A stretch of 54,681 nucleotides of DNA from Candidatus Aminicenantales bacterium (GTDB lineage: Bacteria; Acidobacteriota; Aminicenantia; Aminicenantales; Saccharicenantaceae), in the NCBI GenBank assembly GCA_049512315.1, contig JBEKXF010000024.1, positions 1 through 54,681 of the forward strand. Reading direction: 5' to 3'. The notes under the pieces were generated by a model, which was not told the origin of the DNA, ran no database searches, and worked only from the letters and a program-made list of their open reading frames with translations. The position numbers and the translations under genes were made by a program. Within the stretch, counting starts at the first letter, position 1, and every line of letters begins with the position of its first letter. Below are positions 28,756 to 36,822 of the stretch, piece by piece.

Positions 28756-28821
28756 CTCGCGTTTTTCCCCTGTTGGCTCGTCATAAATGCGCCTGGACCG
28801 GTCTGCGGATTTTTGAAGGGG

Positions 28822-28974
28822 TGTCAGCTTTTTGTCGTGTTGTATCCGGGAATTCCTGAGATTTTCGTTGGAGGTTCATGGGCTAAGAAACTCACATTAT
28901 GATTGGACCATTTTTATGGGATGAGGTCCAGAATTTACTCTTTATGCCGGGACCGATTTAAGGCGGGCAGGTCA
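28822..28974 (+). repeat. arm repeat, type-B terminus and IS3 left-end terminus
   Basis: Homologous to 8651-8759; GGGACCGATTTAAGGCGGGCAGGTCA at 28949-28974. Confidence 0.7.
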
Positions 28975-29218
28975 GGGTCAGTCAGTAAACCATCTTATAA
29001 CCTTCCTGTGCCATTCCCCCGGAGGCTCAACACTCAAGGCGCTGGGCTGCACGGCGATAGGGGCCTAAAAAGACCGAACTCCGGCTGCGGAGGTGGTGAG
29101 CGAGGTGTCTGGCCTTCCCTAATCGCAGTCGGCCGGGCCGCCGGGACATGATATGGGTCCGGCTTTCTCAGGTTGCAATCCACCGTCCCTTAGGAATAAA
29201 ATAAAAGTTGTAAGCGTC

Positions 29219-29758
29219 ATGCAGAACATGATGGCGGCAGAGGAGAGGATCGAAAAGCTCGTCGGGGACCTGTCCTCTTATCTCGTCTCGAAACTCAACT
29301 CCTTGGGATATCAAAGGCACGGGATAGAAAGGGACGATCTCCTCCAGGAAATCCACATCAGGATCTGGAAAGCTTATAAAGACGATAGCCATAACATCCG
29401 GTATTTCAACGCGTACCTCAAGAAAATCGTCCACTCGGTGTTTATCAACGAGATCAACAAGATTAACAAGGAGAACAAGGCCCTCGCGATGGGAGGGGAG
29501 AGCTTGAACCCGACCAACTGCACCAACGACCACGGCTCGGCCGCGGACCTTTCCTTAAAGGACACCCTGTTGGAGTCGCTCGGCCACCTCAACGAATTGA
29601 AACAGCGGGTGATCAAACTTCGTCTGGAGGGTTTCACTTTCAGCGAAATCGCTCAGCTTAATCAATGGTCCCTGCGAAAAACCCACGGCATTTTCTACAG
29701 CGGCCTCAAAGACTTGAAGCATAAATTGGGGGATAAGGGAATCCACTATGAAGACTAA
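29219..29758 (+). CDS. ECF sigma factor
   Basis: DDLLQEIHIRIWK...FNAYLKKIV; RLEGFTFSEIA. Confidence 0.85.
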   Translation: MQNMMAAEERIEKLVGDLSSYLVSKLNSLGYQRHGIERDDLLQEIHIRIWKAYKDDSHNIRYFNAYLKKIVHSVFINEINKINKENKALAMGGESLNPTNCTNDHGSAADLSLKDTLLESLGHLNELKQRVIKLRLEGFTFSEIAQLNQWSLRKTHGIFYSGLKDLKHKLGDKGIHYED

Positions 29759-30449
29759 TTTGGCCGAAGTCTCCCGGATTTACCGGGATTATCTGCGGGG
29801 TGCCAAGCCGGACGTCGGCAGGGCTTGCCCGACCATGGAGCGCTTGGCCCAATGCGTCCTGGCCGACGTGCCCGGAAAAGAGCGGGCCGAAATCGCCGGG
29901 CACGCCGCGAATTGCGCCGCCTGCGCGACGGCGTTGAAGGACCTCTTAGATATTTCGGCGGAAGCAGACAGGGTCGCCGCCGAGATCAAACGTTCCGCCG
30001 GGCGTGAGCAAGTCAGCGAATCCGGAGGAGCGAAGGCGTTTTGGGGGCGGCTAACCGGGAGGCCGACCGTCGCTGTTATGGCGGGGATATTCGTCCTCGC
30101 GGTCATCACCTTTTCTGTTTTCCGGCTCCTGGACCGGTCCGGCACGAGGGGCGGGCCGGAGGTGCGGGTTCTTCTGGTTTCTCCGGTCGCCGGCTCGTTC
30201 TCAAGAGATGGCCTCGAATTCCGATGGCAAAGCCTGGCCGGCGCGGACCATTATACGGTGGAGCTGTTCGACAAATCTCTCAAACTTGTCTGGCGAAGCG
30301 GCCCGGTCTCGGGAAACGAGCTTCGCCCCGCGGACGCAGTCGGTAAGGGCTTGAGCGTGGACGAGGCGTATTACTGGATGGTGACGGCCGTCAAGGGCGA
30401 TCATTTGGAGATAAAATCCAGACTCGCGGAGTTTTCGGTTAAAAAGTGA
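29748..30449 (+). CDS. zinc-finger anti-sigma factor with TM and extracytoplasmic domain
   Basis: CP...HAANCAAC; TM; FRWQ...YTVELFD...YYWMV. Confidence 0.75.
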   Translation: MKTNLAEVSRIYRDYLRGAKPDVGRACPTMERLAQCVLADVPGKERAEIAGHAANCAACATALKDLLDISAEADRVAAEIKRSAGREQVSESGGAKAFWGRLTGRPTVAVMAGIFVLAVITFSVFRLLDRSGTRGGPEVRVLLVSPVAGSFSRDGLEFRWQSLAGADHYTVELFDKSLKLVWRSGPVSGNELRPADAVGKGLSVDEAYYWMVTAVKGDHLEIKSRLAEFSVKK

Positions 30450-30453
30450 CTTT

Positions 30454-33366
30454 TCAAAATTCCCCGGTCAGCGTATAAGAAGCCCAGTAATAGGGGTGGC
30501 TGTATTTCGTTTTCGTCATTTTACGCTTGGCGGCTTGAAGGGCCGCAGCCTTGCCCGCCCCGCGGAAATAAGCGTCATAGAAATAGTCCATGAATGTCGC
30601 GCCGGCCTTGTCGTGGACGGGCCATAAGGTCGAGATGACGGACCTAGCTCCCATGTAGAAGAAAATTCTGGGCAATCCCAGGATCCCCTCGTTCCGGACG
30701 ATCTTACCGCGCCCGGTCTGGCAAGCGGACAGGACGACGAGGTCGGCATTGGTCCGCATGTCGTACATTTCCGACACCTGGAGGAAGCCGTCCTCCGCGT
30801 CGCCCGGGCCGGCGGAAAAGACGAGCGAGGAGCGGAGCGGATTGCGATCGTCCGAGAAAGCGTGACAGGCCAAATGGATCAGACGATAGGCCTCGAGATC
30901 CAGGCGCTTGAAGGCCCCCTCCGTCGCCCTGTCACCGGAATAGAGGTCGGCTTTTCCCGGCGGGACTCTCTTGGCCAATTCCGTCATTTCCCTCTGGGCA
31001 TGCGGAATCGGGGCCATGACAAAACCGTTTCTTTTATAGAGCTCATCCAGCACGGAGGCGGCCGAGTAAGCGCCTTGGGCCATTGAGCGTCGGCTCGGTT
31101 GGGCGTACTCCGGAACTCCGAAAGCCAGGACCTCCTTCGCGTAGGGGACTTTCGGCTTATGCGCCAAGTGAAAGAGGGCCGAGGCCGAGGGCGCGTAGGA
31201 GATGATGTACCGGTCGTTGAGATACCTGTCGGCAGAAGCGGGGCCGGTCCCCTGGATAACCAGAGTTTCGAAAGGCAGGCGGAAGAGGATGCCGTCGGGG
31301 ACGATGATCAGGTGATTGACCGAGGCGGGGATGAAGTTTTCGGCGGGCAGGAAGAGGTCCGCGTAGAGGCGTCGGGCGGCGGGGAGGCCCTTCGAGGCCG
31401 GGATCGAGGGGTCTTCCAAAAAACTGAGATAGGCGGCGAGAGAATCCTGAATGGCTTGGGCCGGGGGGAGCGGGACGAGATGGAAGGAGTTTTTCGTGAC
31501 GCAGATCAGGTAAGATCGTTCGTCGCCGAGAAGATATTCGACCAAGGCCGTCCGGTCCGTCAACAGAAAATTCTGGAGGGGATTGAGGGAAACAGGGAGC
31601 GTGAGGGCGGCCGTCGCGTCGTCCTGGAGTTGCCTATCGAACACGGCGGCGTCCAGCATATCGTCAATGTGCTTGATTCTCGACTGCAGCCCCTCATTGC
31701 CGGCCTGGCTTCCGGCGCCACGCGAAAGCTCTTTGAGGAGGGTCAGCCGTTCGCGGTTCAGCTTGTCGGCGATGAGACTCCCGGCGTCATCGGGCGGGCG
31801 GGCGCCCTTGCGCCGGGAGCGCTTTCCCAAATATTCCATGAAGGACCTGGCCCGGTAGCTTTCCGAGACGCGGTAGAGCTCGCGCTCGAAGGTCCCGGGA
31901 GGGCCTTTCACGGACAGCTTGTAATAGAGTTCGATGAGGGCCTGGAAGGGCTCGCGGCCCCGGCTGATGAATTCGGCACGATTAGTGTCATTAGCTACGT
32001 GGGAGCCCGCACCTGCGATGACCCCGAGGGCTTCGTTATAGAAGGCGATCGCCTGCCCAAAATCGGTCCGCTGCTCCGCGCAGCGTCCGAGGCCGTAGGC
32101 CGCCCTGATCAGCTGAAGAACATCGTTGCTTTGTTGGGCCGCGGCCTGCGTTTCGCAGTAATATCTCTCTGCCTCCGCGACCTCGCCTTTCTTGGAGGCA
32201 ATAGCGGCCAAGTTCAACAGGATCATCTCGGACAAGGCCGATGTTTTGTCTGTCTTGACCTTATCCAGAACGGGGAGGAGCAGGGCTTTCGCTTCATCGA
32301 GACGGCCCTGGTCCACGTAGACGCCGGCGATGCCGTTCAGGGCGTGGAGGCTAAAATCCGTCCCACGTGCGGTCTTTTCCAGTTTCAGATAGGATGAGAA
32401 ACATTCTAGCGCCCGCAAGCAGTATTCCTGATCTTGGAAGTTTCTCGCGAGGGCTTGAAAGGATTGGCCCAGATTTATCAATAACGAGGACTGGAAGGGG
32501 CCCGGATTCTCGGGATCGATACGCTTTATGGCATCAGACATGTAATCAAAAGCCTTATCAAAGTCCGCGAGAGCGATGTAAATGCTAGCGACGTTATTGA
32601 GGCAAACAATTGTGTCTTTGCTTAAAGGTAGCTCTCGAGCATAAAACAAGGATTTAAGATAGTAACTAAGGGCATGAGAATAATCGCTTTTCATCGAGTA
32701 ATAGACGCCTATGTTGAGGGCGGCCCGGCAGGCCTCAATCCTGTGGTTGAGGGATTGGGCCAGATTCAGGGCTTGGATATTCAAATCGAGATATCTTTTT
32801 AGGATATTGAGGGATCCCAGATAATTAAAGCTCCAGGATCTCAGAATTTTTTGTTCGTAAGCCTCGTTCCCAAGCGCCCTAGATTTGAGCATGGCTTCTT
32901 CAAAATGCGGGTTTGAACCGGATAAATCCCCCGAAGCCCTCAATTTCATAGCGCTAGCATAGCGTTCTTGGATCGCTAGTTCGGCTTCGATCGATGACTT
33001 TTCTTCACGAAGACCCAAGGAGGAGGCGAGTTCAAGAGCCCTTCGACAGCTCTTTATCGCCTCTGTATTACGGTCGGCGTAACAATAAAGAACAGCGAGG
33101 TAGCGATGAATTTCTAACTGGTCCCGATCCCCGGTCCCGGCCAGGCCAAGCCGTTTGTTGAAATGGGCGATGGCCAGCTCGTATTCCCCTTTCTCCAGCA
33201 GGTCCCTGCCGACGGCAGCCCAGGGTTTTTCGTCTGATGAGTTCGGAGGAGATATCGCGCCGGACTCGAGAGGCGAGAGCATGGCTCCTAGGAGGGTGAA
33301 GAGAACAATCAGATAGCGTCGCGGACCTCGAGAAAATAAGGACAAGATATCTCTCCGCCTGGCCAT
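30454..33366 (-). CDS. TPR-CHAT (caspase-like) domain protein with N-terminal signal/TM
   Basis: TPR repeats; IVPDGILFRLPFETL, IHLACHA, LVVLSACQTG, TLWPV, HPYYWASY. Confidence 0.92.
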   Translation of the reverse strand: MARRRDILSLFSRGPRRYLIVLFTLLGAMLSPLESGAISPPNSSDEKPWAAVGRDLLEKGEYELAIAHFNKRLGLAGTGDRDQLEIHRYLAVLYCYADRNTEAIKSCRRALELASSLGLREEKSSIEAELAIQERYASAMKLRASGDLSGSNPHFEEAMLKSRALGNEAYEQKILRSWSFNYLGSLNILKRYLDLNIQALNLAQSLNHRIEACRAALNIGVYYSMKSDYSHALSYYLKSLFYARELPLSKDTIVCLNNVASIYIALADFDKAFDYMSDAIKRIDPENPGPFQSSLLINLGQSFQALARNFQDQEYCLRALECFSSYLKLEKTARGTDFSLHALNGIAGVYVDQGRLDEAKALLLPVLDKVKTDKTSALSEMILLNLAAIASKKGEVAEAERYYCETQAAAQQSNDVLQLIRAAYGLGRCAEQRTDFGQAIAFYNEALGVIAGAGSHVANDTNRAEFISRGREPFQALIELYYKLSVKGPPGTFERELYRVSESYRARSFMEYLGKRSRRKGARPPDDAGSLIADKLNRERLTLLKELSRGAGSQAGNEGLQSRIKHIDDMLDAAVFDRQLQDDATAALTLPVSLNPLQNFLLTDRTALVEYLLGDERSYLICVTKNSFHLVPLPPAQAIQDSLAAYLSFLEDPSIPASKGLPAARRLYADLFLPAENFIPASVNHLIIVPDGILFRLPFETLVIQGTGPASADRYLNDRYIISYAPSASALFHLAHKPKVPYAKEVLAFGVPEYAQPSRRSMAQGAYSAASVLDELYKRNGFVMAPIPHAQREMTELAKRVPPGKADLYSGDRATEGAFKRLDLEAYRLIHLACHAFSDDRNPLRSSLVFSAGPGDAEDGFLQVSEMYDMRTNADLVVLSACQTGRGKIVRNEGILGLPRIFFYMGARSVISTLWPVHDKAGATFMDYFYDAYFRGAGKAAALQAAKRKMTKTKYSHPYYWASYTLTGEF

Positions 33367-33527
33367 CAGAGGATGGACTTTAGGTTACCAGATTCCTCCT
33401 GACATTACAAAAAGCAGGTAATCTGCTCAGCATTTGAGGAATTATATGAGGGAGAAATTGAAAAAAAAGGCGCTGGCCAAGGAAATTCGACTAAAAACTC
33501 GTGTCTTTATAGTTGAAGGAGATAAGA

Positions 33528-33878
33528 ATGAAGAACTTAATTGTCAAGAGAGTCGTCCTTGTCGCCCTCACCTGCGTCTTTTCCATAGGCCTGGTGATCG
33601 CGGTCTTGAACGCCGGCTCTTCCACTCTGAAGAAGGACTCTTACATCGAGGTGGGCGGCGGCAAGATCGTCTACGTTCCAAGGACGGCCCAATACGTCAA
33701 ATTCAACGGCCAGATCCGGAAAGTCGTAAGGTTTGACTCAACCCTCAGCGTAGTCGGAAACGATTGTAAATGTCCTAAGTGTTGCGGTGGATACTGTTAT
33801 GTTATCGTGTATACCGACAGCGTTCCTGGCACTAATCCGATCTCACCTTTGTTTATTTTATGGGCATCTTGCACCTAA
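33528..33878 (+). CDS. small exported Cys-rich protein
   Basis: AAGGAG RBS; signal/TM; DCKCPKCCGGYC. Confidence 0.7.
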   Translation: MKNLIVKRVVLVALTCVFSIGLVIAVLNAGSSTLKKDSYIEVGGGKIVYVPRTAQYVKFNGQIRKVVRFDSTLSVVGNDCKCPKCCGGYCYVIVYTDSVPGTNPISPLFILWASCT

Positions 33879-34306
33879 GCAAAACTCCTTAGCGTAAGGC
33901 AAACAAAAAAAGAACCTTCTTAACAACCTTTTATTTTCTTATTAAGAAAGTCGCTTTGCGAGTCTCTGTTTTCCAGGGCCGCTAGGCCCGCCTGGCCAAT
34001 GTGCCTTCTCCCATAAAATTAGCAAGGATCGTCGTCAACTGAGATGGCCTGGGACACGGCGTTTCCAGCCTGAGGGCCCAGATCTTTTGATTTAGGCATT
34101 ATTGTCCCGGGCTGACAACCCGATTCCGGCGGGGCCGTCTTGAGGCCTGAAGCAGTGGCGCGCCCGGCCAAAATTGGTTCAAAAAATAAATACGATTATT
34201 TTTAGATCTTCGGTACTTTTCCGAAAAAATCAGGTCCTTGTAGCTAGAGGTAAATTTTTTTATCCCTAATTTAGCTGACCCAACGATTATAACGCGAGGG
34301 GCAACT

Positions 34307-34507
34307 ATGCAAATGAACAAGGAGGTGGCCAAGATCTCGAAAAAGAATTTCGAGTCTCTCTGCCCTTTCTGCAAATCACGGGCCATCTATCAAATTGGGG
34401 CGCATAGAGCAAACCCTCAGGGCTCTATTTGGTATTCCGATTATCCCGAGGCCGAAATCGGCGAGTGGAAATGTGCTGTATGCTTTGGGTCCTTTATCCT
34501 GTTCTGA
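34307..34507 (+). CDS. small putative zinc-binding protein
   Basis: CPFC...CAVC. Confidence 0.45.
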   Translation: MQMNKEVAKISKKNFESLCPFCKSRAIYQIGAHRANPQGSIWYSDYPEAEIGEWKCAVCFGSFILF

Positions 34508-34589
34508 GCGCGCGCTATAGGATTTCTCTGTCATATGGTAAAAACTGACCGAAGCAAAGAAGATAATTGAGGATGGGAGGATTGTTCCC

Positions 34590-34868
34590 ATGACAAAACG
34601 TCCAACGAAAACGCAGAAACTGGACGAAGCTTTCTCTCACAGTATGATGACAATGGAGGAAAAGCAGGAGCTTAACGAGCGCATGGATCAAGGACTGGTA
34701 AAGTTTGGGCTTTTCATAATAACAGGTCACCTTCAGAAGTTCGTAGAAAACCGTTCGCTCCAAGTGGTGTTGAAGGAAAATGACCTAGTGGTCTCCTGGG
34801 ACGACGAGGGGAAGAAGGTGGTCGTGGTGACCAGCCCGCGACGACCAGCAAAATCTAAGAAGGGATGA
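34590..34868 (+). CDS. hypothetical protein
   Basis: GGGAGG RBS; 92 aa. Confidence 0.55.
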   Translation: MTKRPTKTQKLDEAFSHSMMTMEEKQELNERMDQGLVKFGLFIITGHLQKFVENRSLQVVLKENDLVVSWDDEGKKVVVVTSPRRPAKSKKG

Positions 34869-34897
34869 GAAAGCCGCCCTAGAACGGCCAGCAGAGA

Positions 34898-35044
34898 TGA
34901 CCTGCCCCCCGTCACCGTACCACCCCTGAAGTGAGATTTTCAACTTTTGGACTTGCCCCCTGGTTTGGTCCATTTTTTAGGGATAAGCTCCATTATTGGA
35001 GAGACCTCATCCCTGAAAAATGGCCCAGACATAATGTGAGCTTT
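34898..35044. repeat. cluster of IS3-like termini: type A (34898-34944), minimal fused element (34948-34992), type B (35003-35044)
   Basis: Direct alignment to the other copies. Confidence 0.75.
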
Positions 35045-35116
35045 CTGGAGGTCTGACGCCAAGATTGTCCGCGCACCGGATCCTTGGTCCAGTGCGCGAA
35101 TTCCTTCAGGCGCAGC

Positions 35117-36202
35117 TTAATGGCTTAGTTTTGAGGGAGTTATAGGGATAGGCTCAAGGCAGGCGTCTGAAGGCCTGTCAACTATTTGTCGTGTTGAATC
35201 CAAAATCTCCCCCAGCCGATTGACCGCCAGTCGCATATTCTCAGGCGTGGGATGAGCGTATCTCATCGTCATCTGGATCGAAGAATGACCTAGGATCTTC
35301 GAAACTGTGACTAGGTCAACCCCTGCCTCAACCATCTTTGTTGCGGCCGTATGCCGAAGGTCATGAAGTCGGACGCCACTGATCTCGGCAGCTTTCAGAG
35401 CCGCCGCAAATAAGCGCGTGACCCCCTTGATGTGCGTTTCGGTCTTAGGATTAAAGAAAACGTAGTCAGATCGCCGCTGAAGGCCCTTCAGCGCTTCGAA
35501 CACAGCTGTGTTCATCGGCAGTTTGCGGGATTTGCCGCTTTTCGAATCCCCGATGAGGATGAAGCCTCGAACAAAATCGACGTCCTGCCACCTAAGGCTC
35601 AAAATCTCAGATTTCCTCATCCCTGTGTTCAGGGCAATGATTAGGATCGGCCGGAGCTCAGGACCCGCGCACTCGATGAGACGACTGGCCTCAGCTGGGT
35701 TCAAGATCCGCTCCCGGGTGTTATTTTCTTTGAGCTTTTTAACTTTTGCGGCAGGATTGATCCCGAGCCTACCCCAATCGACTGCCTTATTGAAGAGCGT
35801 TTTAAGACACGCGAGCTCGCGATTGCACGACGCCGGCGAGACTTCAGCCTTTCTGTTGGCCTTGTAACGCTCGATCTTCTCAGCACCGATGGCGCGCAGC
35901 ATATCGCCTTTGAAGAAAGCCTTCAGGTTATTCAATGAGAATTCATCTCGTGTCCAGGACCGTTTGTTCGGCTTTGAATAGAGCTCGAGAAAATCGTCCG
36001 CGAACTTCTCAAAGGACACGTCTTGCACATCGGGCTTCTTGAATCCCCTGGCCACGTCCAGAAGCTCAGCCTTTATTTTGACCAGGGTATTCCGCGCTTG
36101 GTCCTTTGTATACCCGCCGAACTGGCGGACCCTTTTGCCCCTGAACGTGAAATCGAGATTCCACTTCCCGTCGGTGAGCTTAAGATTTCGTTCTTTTTTC
36201 AT
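35117..36202 (-). CDS. tyrosine recombinase / phage-type integrase
   Basis: LNTGMRKSE, SKSGK, HDLRHT, LGHSSIQMTMRYAH (R-K-H-R-H-Y intact). Confidence 0.95.
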   Translation of the reverse strand: MKKERNLKLTDGKWNLDFTFRGKRVRQFGGYTKDQARNTLVKIKAELLDVARGFKKPDVQDVSFEKFADDFLELYSKPNKRSWTRDEFSLNNLKAFFKGDMLRAIGAEKIERYKANRKAEVSPASCNRELACLKTLFNKAVDWGRLGINPAAKVKKLKENNTRERILNPAEASRLIECAGPELRPILIIALNTGMRKSEILSLRWQDVDFVRGFILIGDSKSGKSRKLPMNTAVFEALKGLQRRSDYVFFNPKTETHIKGVTRLFAAALKAAEISGVRLHDLRHTAATKMVEAGVDLVTVSKILGHSSIQMTMRYAHPTPENMRLAVNRLGEILDSTRQIVDRPSDACLEPIPITPSKLSH

Positions 36203-36378
36203 TTGCCCCGCCCTACGAGCGGCTTAACGAATCGCTGAAACTCGGACCGCCGGACCCGCCAGAGACGGCCGCCAGGCTTGAGGGCCCGGAGCTTGCCCGC
36301 CCGAATCCAGCGGACGACCGTCTGCCTCGAGACTTTGACAAGGGAGGAGATGTCTTTAACCGTCAGGAAATCGCTCAT
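36199..36378 (-). CDS. excisionase-like HTH protein
   Basis: FLTVKDIS..VKVSRQTVVRWIRAGKLRA; coupled to the integrase. Confidence 0.85.
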   Translation of the reverse strand: MSDFLTVKDISSLVKVSRQTVVRWIRAGKLRALKPGGRLWRVRRSEFQRFVKPLVGRGK

Positions 36379-36400
36379 TTTCTCCTCTACATAAGCAATG

Positions 36401-36453
36401 TCATATCGTATCATATCTAATCAAATCGTATCATTTTTAAAAAGGCTTGTCAA
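36401..36453 (-). promoter_or_regulatory. sigma70-like promoter (TTGACA-17-TACGAT) overlapped by 10-bp tandem repeats
   Basis: TCATATCGTA TCATATCTAA TCAAATCGTA TCAT; TGTCAA at 36448-36453. Confidence 0.7.
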
Positions 36454-36496
36454 GCCCCTTTTTTTGGCGCAGGAATCCGTGCTATCCTTCCTCGAG

Positions 36497-36679
36497 ATGA
36501 AACGGGAATACCTGAATAAAAAGGACCTTCAAGCCTACTTGCGAATTGGCCCCGCAACGGTGAATCGGCTGATGAAAGATGGGCTGCCGTTTATCAAGCC
36601 GAGGGGGAAAGTTCTATTCCGCCGGGACCTTGTAGACACCTGGCTCGAGGCCCGTATTGTCCGGGCGAAGAAGTCTTAG
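36497..36679 (+). CDS. excisionase-like HTH protein (divergent)
   Basis: YLNKKDLQAYLRIGPATVNRLMKDGLPF..RGKVLFRR. Confidence 0.8.
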   Translation: MKREYLNKKDLQAYLRIGPATVNRLMKDGLPFIKPRGKVLFRRDLVDTWLEARIVRAKKS

Positions 36680-36715
36680 ATCCCGCCATTTAAACCTCGC
36701 ATCCAGGGATGACCT

Positions 36716-36760
36716 CTGGACTATGTATCCAAAGGTCGAAGGTTCTAATCCTCTCAGGCA
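36716..36760 (+). pseudogene. degenerate tRNA-Arg(CCG)-like 3' fragment beside the integrase module
   Basis: CTGGACTATGTATCCAAAGGTCGAAGGTTCTAATCCTCTCAGGCA, compared with 8277-8332. Confidence 0.6.
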
Positions 36761-36822
36761 GGGCACGTTTGACTTCCCGCCTCCACGGCGTTATCCTTAG
36801 GCCGACATAGAAAAGGGGGCCA

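Noticed and set aside
31099..32397. 432-aa plus-strand ORF
   Set aside because: Antisense shadow of the TPR-CHAT gene.
8277..36760. Functional tRNA genes at 8277, 8517, 17570, 28443, 28710 and 36716
   Set aside because: All lack the 5' acceptor strand or have broken stems; treated as att-like fragments.
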